From assembly GCA_963806435.1 (NCBI GenBank), contig CAWEBD010000113.1, positions 3,520 to 67,519 of the forward strand: DNA of 64,000 nt, in the 5' to 3' direction. The DNA comes from an uncultured Bacteroidota bacterium (GTDB lineage: Bacteria; Bacteroidota; Ignavibacteria; Kryptoniales; JAKASW01). A model generated the notes under the pieces. That model was given only the letters and a program-made list of their open reading frames with translations. It searched no databases and was not told the origin of the DNA. The position numbers and the translations under genes are program-made. Shown in pieces: positions 44,288-53,644 of the stretch. Numbering within the stretch: the stretch's first letter is position 1; each line of letters begins with the position of its first letter.

Positions 44288-44706
44288 GGCCGCACCTCCG
44301 ATCCAAACAAGGAACCCTGCACGGGATAGCCAACAGGCGCGGACTTCTTGTCCTCTCCGCAAATTATGCTCAAGGGAAGAATCACCTGTGACTCAGCGTT
44401 ATTTTGATAATGCCTCCAGAACGTACCCTGAGTCATCCAGGTGTCTCGACTGACACGACGTATCTCCTTGCGGTCTGGATGCTTAATTGTGATCTCGATG
44501 TAGGTGTACCGGAAATGCTGGCTGTCTTTCAGTAGAGTTGAGTTCAATCCGTAGCCCGCGACCGCGAAGTGAAAGTGACGGGATTCGTCCCGGTAGATCC
44601 GGAGTGTGTCTCGAGTGATTGTGCCCAGCAAGCGTTCCCCCTGCCGGGATGTCAAAAAGATGTTCAGACCTCTGCTACTTGGCCTGACCGTAATTGGATT
44701 GCTCAT
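44284..44706 (-). CDS. hypothetical protein, first gene of the coupled operon
   Basis: 140 aa starting MSNPITV, preceded by GGAGAGGG. Confidence 0.5.
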   Translation of the reverse strand: MSNPITVRPSSRGLNIFLTSRQGERLLGTITRDTLRIYRDESRHFHFAVAGYGLNSTLLKDSQHFRYTYIEITIKHPDRKEIRRVSRDTWMTQGTFWRHYQNNAESQVILPLSIICGEDKKSAPVGYPVQGSLFGSEVRP

Positions 44707-45007
44707 ATCCGTTCCCTCTCCTATCCATATCAAAATAAGTGCGGCCGGGGAAATGAGCGTTGATAGGTTTGATAGGAGCCGGCCGCATCAAAATCTTTGT
44801 TGTTTCGTGTACCCCGGGATTGCTCATATCCGTTTCCTCTCCTATCAAAAGTAAGATGGACCCGTGTTCTGGTGGGGTGGGGTCTAATTTACCGAAGCAA
44901 CCAGCCGTTGCAACATGCTACTTCGTCGCAAATTGCAACTACGGATAGATAAAACAGGGACTAAGTGATTCTTGGAAGAAGGCTTAACCTTGCATAGTGG
45001 TACAGCT

Positions 45008-45466
45008 TCAGATGCCGGAAGGCGGCCAGATAAACAGACAAGCTCCCCACACGAAAACCAGCAGCAAGATACTCCACAGCTTTCGTCGGTCGGTGGAGCA
45101 TCGATATACAGCGTAAAGCAAGACTTGAGACTCCACGCCCAGCGCGATAAAACTTCTCATGAACGGGACCAGGAGAATTGAAGTTACGCAGGCAATCCAC
45201 AGCCACCCCGGAAGAGAAACCTTCTTCGCTGGTGTAGGCCGGAATAGTTCTCCGAAATCGAAGTGGTGATAATTGTTCTGCTGGAAGAAGGTAAGTTGCT
45301 GCTCAACTTTCTCGGGAGTCTCGCGGTAAAGTTGAAACGTTCTTCGAGATGGAACAGCGCAAAGCGGAGATCCGCAATTCGGGCAATGATTCCAGTCGGG
45401 CTGAATGTCGCGTCCACAAACGTAACAGCTCGCGGACCGAGTCTTCTTGATCTCCATGCCATTCAA
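45008..45466 (-). CDS. zinc-ribbon membrane protein
   Basis: Contains CYVCGRDIQPDWNHCPNCG followed by two hydrophobic segments. Confidence 0.55.
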   Translation of the reverse strand: MNGMEIKKTRSASCYVCGRDIQPDWNHCPNCGSPLCAVPSRRTFQLYRETPEKVEQQLTFFQQNNYHHFDFGELFRPTPAKKVSLPGWLWIACVTSILLVPFMRSFIALGVESQVLLYAVYRCSTDRRKLWSILLLVFVWGACLFIWPPSGI

Positions 45467-45484
45467 TCCTCGAATGCCTCCTCT

Positions 45485-46111
45485 CTAAAACTTGACGCCG
45501 AAAGGGCTCGTCCGTCGCATCTTTTGAGCAATCTGGATATCCAGCAGGTCCTTCAACGGTTTCGCATCTTTGAGGAGTATCTCAACCTTCACGATATCCT
45601 CACGATACGTTTCCCCATTGTGTTTCCGGATCAGCACCTTGCTGTCGGTACGCCACCTATTTATGTCTGCCGGATACGTGTCGGTCTTATTGAGGAATCC
45701 TGTTTGCGCATCCAGGTAGTCGAATCGCGGAACAATTCTCTCAGCGAAGGCACGCCTGTCAAAGCTTCCCGGTGGATGAAAATCTCCAAGAGGTGTTCCG
45801 TACGCGATATCAATCTCGCACAGTCCATTATCAATAAAGGTGCATCCAAAATTCAGCGGGCAGCTATCGTGAACAGTTGTTGCACGCACTACTTGAAGCG
45901 TGTGTTCACTAAGTCTTCCATCCATTTTGACAATCAATTCCGAATTATAACTGACCGTCATTGCCGAGATGGTGTCGGATGCGAATAAGAGTTTTGCTTG
46001 GTCGACTGTCATTCCCCATTTCAGACTGTCGAAACCAGCATCAAACCTGCCCCCATCTTGAGCGTTACAGACCGAGAAGAGCAGCAGCAATACTACAAAA
46101 CACTTCTTCAT
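45485..46111 (-). CDS. secreted hypothetical protein
   Basis: Signal peptide MKKCFVVLLLLFSVCNAQ, with AAGGAGG upstream. Confidence 0.6.
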   Translation of the reverse strand: MKKCFVVLLLLFSVCNAQDGGRFDAGFDSLKWGMTVDQAKLLFASDTISAMTVSYNSELIVKMDGRLSEHTLQVVRATTVHDSCPLNFGCTFIDNGLCEIDIAYGTPLGDFHPPGSFDRRAFAERIVPRFDYLDAQTGFLNKTDTYPADINRWRTDSKVLIRKHNGETYREDIVKVEILLKDAKPLKDLLDIQIAQKMRRTSPFGVKF

Positions 46112-46244
46112 AACGGTTCCTCCTTTTTGCGGGAATGACGGGGAGCCTTTTTCAGAGCCTTCCGATCCGCCACCACAACTGCGGAGCCCTGCAGAAAAGT
46201 CAACAGCATCAGAGTTCTCCTTTGCCGTTCCTGCCGCCCCTCCC

Positions 46245-46655
46245 TCATTCAGCAGCGGCCAGATGTGCCCTGATACCTTCTACGCATCTCTCGTGGTCTT
46301 TGCTGAGAGCGAAATTTCCCTGGCTCTGCGATCCCATCTTTGCCCTGATACCAACTTCAACAATGGTCTTTCCATCTGATCGAGATTTGACCTGTATCGG
46401 GTAGAAATTCCCGTAGCTCAACAGGCCCGCTCCCTGACCTAAAACAATTCGTCGGCTCCCCTTCTCGTTGGTGTCGATGGCGTATCCATTGTACCGGGCA
46501 AACTCTAATACCGTGTCGAATGCTTTGTCCATCGACAGACTCGTGATGATTGGAGTCAACCGAGCCGAGTCGGAGACCTGAACCCGTGACCCTTTCTTGC
46601 TTACAGCAATTATCAGGATTATAACGGTGACGATAACGGGAATTAGAAAATCCAT
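46245..46655 (-). CDS. membrane-anchored hypothetical protein
   Basis: N-terminal transmembrane segment MDFLIPVIVTVIILIIAV, with GAAGGAG upstream. Confidence 0.55.
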   Translation of the reverse strand: MDFLIPVIVTVIILIIAVSKKGSRVQVSDSARLTPIITSLSMDKAFDTVLEFARYNGYAIDTNEKGSRRIVLGQGAGLLSYGNFYPIQVKSRSDGKTIVEVGIRAKMGSQSQGNFALSKDHERCVEGIRAHLAAAE

Positions 46656-47658
46656 TCACGACTCCTTCTTCCTGACTTGAAACAAGTTAACATCCTCAAC
46701 CTTCTGAATACAGCACCTGCGACTCCCTAACCATCCCTTTGTTTTGCGTAAAAATCCTACCCCCTTTTTACAGCATTGAATGGAAACGGGAAGCAGAAAA
46801 CAGGCTGAACAAACAGAAAGTAACTCCGCACGTCTCGATGTGTCGGGGGAACGGGACTCCCGTACTGCGCAAGGGTATCCTTTCTTTTGCGGGGATGACG
46901 GGGGGCCTTTTTTACGGGCCCTCCGGTCTCCAGTGGTTGACCGCGGGACCATACCGAAAAGCCAACGGCATCGGACTTGTTCTGTGCTGTACCAGGGTAA
47001 CATAATGGTGATTCTCTCTGCATGCCTTCGCTTGTTTCAATCTGCATTCACTGATTTTGAGAATCGGTAATTTCGCCTATTGATTCTGGTCCGTTTTCGC
47101 TTGCTGTGCCACTTTGTCATTTCCGATTTTCGGGAGACGCACGAACCATGCCAGAACCCGCGATTCGTCAGCACCGACAACCGGATATGAAAAACTTTTC
47201 AGCGACATGAAGTCAACTTGGTTTCTCATCAACGAGTTGCACGTACCGATCAAGAGGGCCGCCTAACGAAGTCCATTAAGTGCGTCCTGTTAGGTTCTGT
47301 AACTCAATGAAGCGGCACTGCTTCTGCGCGTTGATTCGCATGCAGAGGATGATAAGTACACCACAGTACAAGGGCCTGAAGCGCTTCGTCGGGCCAACCG
47401 GTTTCCTTTCCCTCCTGCGCGTCGCTGGCACCGCGTGGCTTCGTGTATCTGATTCCGCTTCTCGTTGGACCGTGGAACAGGTAACCCGGGAGATGGGAGT
47501 GCTTCCTCGTTTGAGCGTTTCCTGTTTCTTGGGTTTCCCCGTTGTTTCCACGTGAGTTTCCTTTGCTGCTTCACGCACTCCGGAAGAAGCCGTGTCCAGG
47601 TGAAGAGGGGTCAGCGAAGACCCCTCTCGCAACGGTTACTTCGGTTGAGCTGGTCAGC

Positions 47659-47898
47659 TCAGAGCAAATCCGCGAAACTCATTTCCATTCGGGCCTTGCA
47701 TTGCTGTACCTTATCCAGCACGTCCGCTGTAATCACACGTAAGCCGTCGACGTCCTCTCTTGTCGGACCAGAGCCGTGTAACCCATCTTGCCGATACGAT
47801 TCAATCAACCTTTCACATACCTGCACACGTTTCTCAATGAAGCACATTTCACCTGCGAGGTCCTCAAGGTCCAGAATCGTTGTTGGGTTGTCACTCAT
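47659..47898 (-). CDS. small hypothetical protein
   Basis: 79 aa starting MSDNPTTIL, with AGGAGG about 10 nt upstream. Confidence 0.5.
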   Translation of the reverse strand: MSDNPTTILDLEDLAGEMCFIEKRVQVCERLIESYRQDGLHGSGPTREDVDGLRVITADVLDKVQQCKARMEMSFADLL

Positions 47899-48159
47899 GA
47901 TTTTATTACCTCCTGACATTTCCAGCGTGATTATTTCGGATTCCGTGAATGCTGGTCTCCACGGATCCGCTGTGAAATCGGGATCGGGGTGCAGAGAAGT
48001 ACCCTCACCCGAAACTTATTTGATGGCGAACCTCCCTGACGCCTTAGAATTAATTTTAGACGGCATACCCTCAGCGTCTTCAAGAGAAGATAACGCTGTA
48101 CCATGACGAGTGATAGAGAAAAAAACATCGTAACCGTTCGTTTCAATTCGCTTCTTCAT

Positions 48160-49176
48160 TTAGTTGCTCGGTTCCAGAAGTCTCTCGACCGTAGCTGCAA
48201 GATTGTCGTTTGTCAAGTGAGCATATATCTGGGTTGTCGTCGGCGTAGAGTGGCCCAAGAGTCGCTGCACCTGGAAAAGACTCACCCCCTGCATTACGAG
48301 CCATGACGCAAAAGAGTGTCTCAGGCTGTGAAAATGTAGGTCCTCGTTCAACTTCGCTTTCTTCACATACTTCTTGAACCGTTTGCTCAGCTTCGTCGGA
48401 TCGACCGGAACACCGTCCAAAGTGAACACAAATTCATTCGCGCTCTTGTCTCTCCTCTTCTCCAATACTTCCAGCGCCAACTTGTTCAGCGGGATCGAAC
48501 GAACCCTCTTTGATTTCGTGACATGCTCCCTATTTCCCAGCGTCATCCTGCATCCCTTTAAATCGACCTCATCCCATCTCAGGTTGATTATCTCCCCCTG
48601 TCGGCAACCAGTATTGGCGGCAAAGATTACAAGCTCTCTTATCTCCTCGTTGTCGATCGCGGTCAGCAGCACCTGGAACTCTTCCCGGCTCAGGAACAGC
48701 GGTAGCTTTTCCGGTATTCTTATCCTGCCGATTCCCTTGCAAGGATTCTCGGTTAACTGACCATCTCTCAGCGCCTTGTTAAATGCCGAATTGAGATTGA
48801 TGTAATCCTTCCGTGCGGCATAAGCTGATGATTCCCGGATCCGATCAGCGAAGTATCGGTCGAGCTCCCTCGTTGCAATCTCAGACAGCGGTACGTCTGC
48901 GAACCACTTTTCCAGCATGCGGAAGGTAACCCGGAAAGCTCTTGTAGTTTTCTCTGTGTGAACGGTCTCCGAATACTCAAGATACTGTTCGACAAAAGCC
49001 TTCAGCGAAATCGGTGCGCTCTCTTCTTTCTTTCGCAGCTTCATTTGCTGGTCAAACGTGCGAAGGAATTCAAGCGCCTCCTGTTTGAACTTTTTGTGGG
49101 TTGAGATTCTTCTTGGTTTCCCTCCATCTTTGGAGTACTCCAAGTAGTAAATGCCATTTCTCTTGAACAGATACAT
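48160..49176 (-). CDS. tyrosine site-specific integrase
   Basis: 338 aa starting MYLFKRNGIYYLEY. The catalytic region is ...TGCRQGE...HSLRHSFASWL...LLGHSTPTTTQIYAHL. The longer ORF to 49329 runs into the tRNA. Confidence 0.9.
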   Translation of the reverse strand: MYLFKRNGIYYLEYSKDGGKPRRISTHKKFKQEALEFLRTFDQQMKLRKKEESAPISLKAFVEQYLEYSETVHTEKTTRAFRVTFRMLEKWFADVPLSEIATRELDRYFADRIRESSAYAARKDYINLNSAFNKALRDGQLTENPCKGIGRIRIPEKLPLFLSREEFQVLLTAIDNEEIRELVIFAANTGCRQGEIINLRWDEVDLKGCRMTLGNREHVTKSKRVRSIPLNKLALEVLEKRRDKSANEFVFTLDGVPVDPTKLSKRFKKYVKKAKLNEDLHFHSLRHSFASWLVMQGVSLFQVQRLLGHSTPTTTQIYAHLTNDNLAATVERLLEPSN

Positions 49177-49304
49177 GGAACCTCTGCGGGTTGAGGCATT
49201 CTCCCCGAGTTCTCGCTGTACAGGTCGCTGTACAGGAAAACGCATTGCTGTGCTGAAGAAACCGGCCGATGTGTACATGGAAGGCTTGGACTGGTGAGAA
49301 TTTG

Positions 49305-49376
49305 AGCTGAAGGTGGGATTTGAACCCACGACCTGCGGTTTACGAAACCGCTGCTCTACCGCTGAGCTACTTCAGC
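49305..49376 (-). tRNA. tRNA-Thr (anticodon CGU), intact; attL
   Basis: A 72-nt cloverleaf: GCTGAAG TA GCTC AGCGGTA GAGC A GCGGT TTCGTAA ACCGC AGGTC GTGGG TTCAAAT CCCAC CTTCAGC T. Confidence 0.9.
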
Positions 49377-49689
49377 AAGAGACAATTTGGAGCCTTTTCG
49401 AAACTCATCGCAGATTTGTCAAATCATGATACAGTTTACCGAAAGGCACGCTCTAAAGATCTTGTCAAAATTCGAAAGGAACATCTGAACGTGATAAATT
49501 CGCTAAGAAATCCGAGAAAAACAAGGTTGGAATAGGTCCAAAACGCCTTGCTCGCGCGAAAACGGTTCCTATTTCTTTAATCCAACTGACTGGTTCTCGC
49601 CTCGCTGAGACTCACTGCTACGGCAAAGCGAACCAGAGGTGCGGATAAGGCTGTGAAGTCGAAACAGATTTCGCTCTGAAGACGGTTAA

Positions 49690-49933
49690 TCGTGGTGAGT
49701 GGGATCGTGGTGGGACTGTTCACTTGAGGACACTAAAGGGGGAGAGTGTCAAAGAACTGATGAGGCGTGAACAGAGGACGAAAAAAGGTAGGAAGGCTTA
49801 CCTGAAGAACAAGGAGACGGTGGAGCCTTTGTTTGAAAAGCTAAAGCAAGTAGGAGGTGTTCGATAATTTCACTTAAGAGGATTGGAGAAAGCGAGAGCC
49901 GAAGCCCGGCAAATCCGCCTCATAACTAACTAG
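49690..49933 (+). pseudogene. remnant of an IS1182/IS5-type DDE transposase C-terminus
   Basis: Translates to ...RTKKGRKAYLKNKETVEPLFEKLKQVGGVR*FHLRGLEKARAEARQIRLITN*, which resembles the conserved TVEPVFG...FRRFLLRGLEKV block. It has an internal stop and no N-terminal part. Confidence 0.6.
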
Positions 49934-50075
49934 TGTAGTGTCCGACAAAGGCACCTTCTTTTTATATCAGACAAAGTACGCCAAGAATCGCAAAGCACGC
50001 AGAGAAAGAATAGATTGTCCTCAGCGAGCTTTGCGATTGGTTGAAATCTTTGCGTCCTTTGCGTGAAACAAATCC
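49930..50075. repeat. second copy of the MITE-like element (left inverted repeat CTAGTGTAGTGTCCGAC; right end degenerate)
   Basis: Collinear with 28933-29085. Confidence 0.5.
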
Positions 50076-50225
50076 TTAAAGGCTTAACACTTATGGACAA
50101 AATCAATTTTCAGTCGATCCGTGTCTGCCGACTCAGGTTTTCTTTCTGTGACTCTCATAGCGCGGAGTTCGTTCCTTCTCCCCGCTTGCGGCGTCTTCAG
50201 CCTTGTCAAAGTCCGGTCACATACT

Positions 50226-51254
50226 TCAGCGGCGGTTGATAGTCTCAGCGACACTAACGATGCGTCCTGTTTCCGCGGACTCGAGCATCGCCTCAACCAC
50301 CGCGAGATTTCTTAGCCCTGATTGTCCGTCGACTTCAGGAGTCTGGCTGGTCAAGACGCAATCGGCAAACTCTTCTATTTCCGCAAAATAGCTTTCCCCG
50401 TCAAGTTTCTCCGCCGCAGACAGTGTCTCGGTTTCTATTTTCCCCGCTTGACGCTTCTCAACGAGGATACTATTGTCACCGCAAGTTATTTTCGCATTCG
50501 TGCCGGAGACCACGATAGCGTAAGTGGATGTTGAGACGTAATCGGATTGTATCGCCCCGATGACTCCGTTTTCGAAGCTGAGCGTTGCCGCCACGCTGTC
50601 CGTCACACTCTCCCCTTTCTTGTTCCTCATGAACGCCGACCGCTGGACACAGGTGACCAAACCGATAGGACCGATCAGATACTGCAGGGTATCGACGAAG
50701 TGTATCCCGAGTTGAGTCATCGGCAGGAGCTGACATTTTTCCTTCTGTTTCTTCCATTCGGGGACATCTTTGGTAAGACCAAAGTCGAACGACATATTCG
50801 CGTAAACACTTACTATTTCACCCAGCTCTCCCGACTCTATGAATCTCTTGGCTTCCCGGAACGATCTCCTCTTTCTTGTATTGTGCCCAACCTGGAGAAT
50901 TTTGCCTGCCCTGGCAGCCGCTTCCACAATTAGCCGCCCCTCGCGCACATTTGTAGCTAAGGGTTTCTCGATAAAGACGTGTTTCCCTGCATCGAAGGCT
51001 TTGACAGCCTGGTCGAGGTGTACAAAGTTGGGCGTTATTAGAGCAACCGCGTCCAGCTCCGGATCTGCCAACAAGACGTCGTAACTCGTTTCGGCTCTGC
51101 AACCCGTTTCGGACGCGACTTTCAGACTGGCTTGTGAATCGATATCGTAACACGACCTGAGTACAAGCTTATCACTCGCCCTTATCATTCTGAGAATTGT
51201 CCGGCCGTGGTTCGCTACCCCGACGAGCGCAATGTTAAGTTTTGATTTATTCAT
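50226..51254 (-). CDS. Gfo/Idh/MocA-family oxidoreductase
   Basis: N-terminal Rossmann motif LNIALVGVANHG, with the family-typical EKPLA block. Confidence 0.8.
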   Translation of the reverse strand: MNKSKLNIALVGVANHGRTILRMIRASDKLVLRSCYDIDSQASLKVASETGCRAETSYDVLLADPELDAVALITPNFVHLDQAVKAFDAGKHVFIEKPLATNVREGRLIVEAAARAGKILQVGHNTRKRRSFREAKRFIESGELGEIVSVYANMSFDFGLTKDVPEWKKQKEKCQLLPMTQLGIHFVDTLQYLIGPIGLVTCVQRSAFMRNKKGESVTDSVAATLSFENGVIGAIQSDYVSTSTYAIVVSGTNAKITCGDNSILVEKRQAGKIETETLSAAEKLDGESYFAEIEEFADCVLTSQTPEVDGQSGLRNLAVVEAMLESAETGRIVSVAETINRR

Positions 51255-52726
51255 TTCCCTTTTTCTCCGTCCACCTTCACTTCTTCTACCGCTTGCTTTT
51301 CCTTATTCGCCATCAGAGACTCTTTATATATTTTGGTGTATACTGGATCCCTCGGCACACATCCCGTCGCAAACTGTCCCAGCTCGTTATTCTTGGAGCG
51401 CATCAGATCCGTGCAAAAACTCGCGCCGTAACAAACCTTGCTACTTTTCAATTCGATTCCGTTCAGAATATCTCTTGCGTAGTTTGGATATGCTATGGCT
51501 CCGCGGCCGATTCCCACGATCTTCACTCTCCCTCTTCTGATGTTGGATTCACCGGCGTTAATGAAGAATTTCTGAAGCCAGCTATACCCGGTCCCAACAA
51601 TAGGTAGATTTGGGAAGGCTTCCTGGATTTTTCCTGTAATCCTGAAATGACGTTCCACGCCGACGAGCGGATGTTCTGGCGAGTGATAGCCGTCGACCGG
51701 CGGGCGATCGAAAGGCCGCCCGATGTGCATGTTGTAGTAAGGACTTCCGAGGGAAACATTAAGGAGCTCGACGCCAGATTCTGTCAGCATCTTGACAAAA
51801 GGCAACACCTCCGAAAGATCTTCCTGTAAAGGGTTAAACTTATCGATGCCGAAGCTGTATTCGTATGGTATCTCGTAGCGCGCAGGCGTTCCAATTTTCG
51901 TTTCCGGATCCTCGGCAAAAGGGATCCCATCGAACGCGTTTATACGGGAGCCCACGATTATTCGGCTTCCGACAGCATCTTTTATCTTCGCCAGAACGTT
52001 ACGGATAAACCGCGTCCTGTTCTCAAAACTTCCTCCGTATTTACCTGGTCGCACCCTTGCGCCAAGAAGGGCATTCAGAAGATACGTGTGACACTGTTTG
52101 ATATCCACGAAATCGAACCCAATAGCGGCGGCTTTTTTCACCGCGTCGGCATAGACATCTTCCAGCCTCTCAAGATAATCATCCGAGAGAACTGGGTAAT
52201 CCGCCGCTACCCTGATCCCGCGGCTCTTGTCGGCATAAGTCATGCTGTCGACTTGTGGATGGTGATACGCGATGAGTGGTTTTGGGTAACTATAACGCCC
52301 CGAGTGCGTCAGCTGTATGCCGACCATAAGATCGTCATCCCTACCGAACACCTCCCGGTGTTTGCTCCGGGTTCCATTGAGAAGTCTGCTGAAGTCGGAC
52401 ATGGTTTTATCATTCAACAACAACTGCCGGGGATTAGCCCTTCCCTCAGGCACGATCGCGGTTGCTTCTCCCCAAATAAGTTTCGCACCTCCCTCTCCAA
52501 ACCGTTCCCACCTGCGATATGTAAGTTCGTCAGGCCGCCCGTCGAGCGTTCCGTCACATCCTTCCATCGGGTGAATTGCAAGGGAGTTGCCTATCGTTTT
52601 GGTCCCGATACGGACGGGTTTAGAGATCGCTTCCAGCTTTTCCTCAAAAGTTACGTCGACTCCAATCGTTTCAACTTCGTGTCTGAGCTCGTCCAGGGTT
52701 TTGTATGAAAAGTGCTTTTCGGTCAT
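51251..52726 (-). CDS. NADH:flavin oxidoreductase (Old Yellow Enzyme-like TIM barrel)
   Basis: 491 aa with blocks NSLAIHPMEG, QLTHSGR and FDFVDIKQCHTYLL. Confidence 0.7.
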   Translation of the reverse strand: MTEKHFSYKTLDELRHEVETIGVDVTFEEKLEAISKPVRIGTKTIGNSLAIHPMEGCDGTLDGRPDELTYRRWERFGEGGAKLIWGEATAIVPEGRANPRQLLLNDKTMSDFSRLLNGTRSKHREVFGRDDDLMVGIQLTHSGRYSYPKPLIAYHHPQVDSMTYADKSRGIRVAADYPVLSDDYLERLEDVYADAVKKAAAIGFDFVDIKQCHTYLLNALLGARVRPGKYGGSFENRTRFIRNVLAKIKDAVGSRIIVGSRINAFDGIPFAEDPETKIGTPARYEIPYEYSFGIDKFNPLQEDLSEVLPFVKMLTESGVELLNVSLGSPYYNMHIGRPFDRPPVDGYHSPEHPLVGVERHFRITGKIQEAFPNLPIVGTGYSWLQKFFINAGESNIRRGRVKIVGIGRGAIAYPNYARDILNGIELKSSKVCYGASFCTDLMRSKNNELGQFATGCVPRDPVYTKIYKESLMANKEKQAVEEVKVDGEKGK

Positions 52727-52785
52727 TTTATCCCTTTGTTATCCTTTAATAAATCGGTGACTCAAGAAAGATGTCTGTCACCACG

Positions 52786-53589
52786 TTACGTTCCCTTAAA
52801 TTCCGACAGCAAGGTACGGAGAACATCAACGTTTCGCTTCGATTTCTCGACCAGCGGCAGGCTATGCGTTTCGATGGTCACATGCTCTACGAGCCGATCC
52901 TCAAGAAGTGCACGCAACTGTCCCCGCCAGTTTATAAGCCCTTCGCCGACAGGAACACATTCGACCAGCGCTCCCTTACGTGTATCTTTCACGTGAACAT
53001 TGGCAACGAACTCCTTAATAGCGGCATAGCCGTCAGGGAATGGTTCTTCGTCCAAACCAAACGCATTGCACGGATCCCAATTAGCCCGCAGAGCCGGGGA
53101 CGAGATTTCACTTAGAATACTGGCGGTGTTGGTTCCCGTGTCGCACCAGAAGCCAGGTTCATTTTCTATAAGTAGTGTCATTCCGGCCTTTGAGGCTTTC
53201 TCAGTGGCTTCCCCGAGATAATCGATTACCATTTTGAGATTCTCCGACGGCTCGCCAGAATTCCGTTGGAAACCGAATACGATTAATTTCCTTGTTCCAA
53301 ACATCTCGGCCACCCTGATCGTGTCCGGCAGCAGAACATCGAGCTGATGCCGAATCTCCGCTTCATTCGAAACCGGCATTTTGAACATGCCGGGTGACAG
53401 CGCAGATATCTCTACTCCTTCGGAGCGAATACAATCCAGAATTTCCTGAATTTCGCGACCCTCCACGTTCGGTACCCGACCGGTTTTCAGTGTTCGGATC
53501 TCGTATTTGGTTATTCCCCATGATATTCCATAATTGAGAGCCTCCCGGAACCCGGGAGCGATCTCATCGCTGACAATTCCTAAATCCAT
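52786..53589 (-). CDS. sugar phosphate isomerase/epimerase (xylose-isomerase-like TIM barrel)
   Basis: 267 aa with the family-typical blocks LLIENEPG and ANVHVKD. Confidence 0.7.
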   Translation of the reverse strand: MDLGIVSDEIAPGFREALNYGISWGITKYEIRTLKTGRVPNVEGREIQEILDCIRSEGVEISALSPGMFKMPVSNEAEIRHQLDVLLPDTIRVAEMFGTRKLIVFGFQRNSGEPSENLKMVIDYLGEATEKASKAGMTLLIENEPGFWCDTGTNTASILSEISSPALRANWDPCNAFGLDEEPFPDGYAAIKEFVANVHVKDTRKGALVECVPVGEGLINWRGQLRALLEDRLVEHVTIETHSLPLVEKSKRNVDVLRTLLSEFKGT

Positions 53590-53644
53590 TGACTTCCTTC
53601 GGGGATGGGATAATGATCTGTTGTGACTGTGGCAAATATTTCGG

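Larger units (their letters stand above)
37959..49304. mobile_element. 11.4-kb integrative element in tRNA-Thr (integrase plus replication module; no virion or conjugation genes)
   Basis: Flanked by 71-bp direct repeats. The tyrosine integrase is adjacent to the intact tRNA 3' end. Confidence 0.8.

Noticed and set aside
46656-47632. ORFs 46656-47003, 46757-47047 and 47276-47632 as island genes
   Set aside because: They are mutually overlapping and Arg/Pro/Cys-rich. They have no RBS or recognisable motifs, so I treated the region as non-coding or decayed (see finding).
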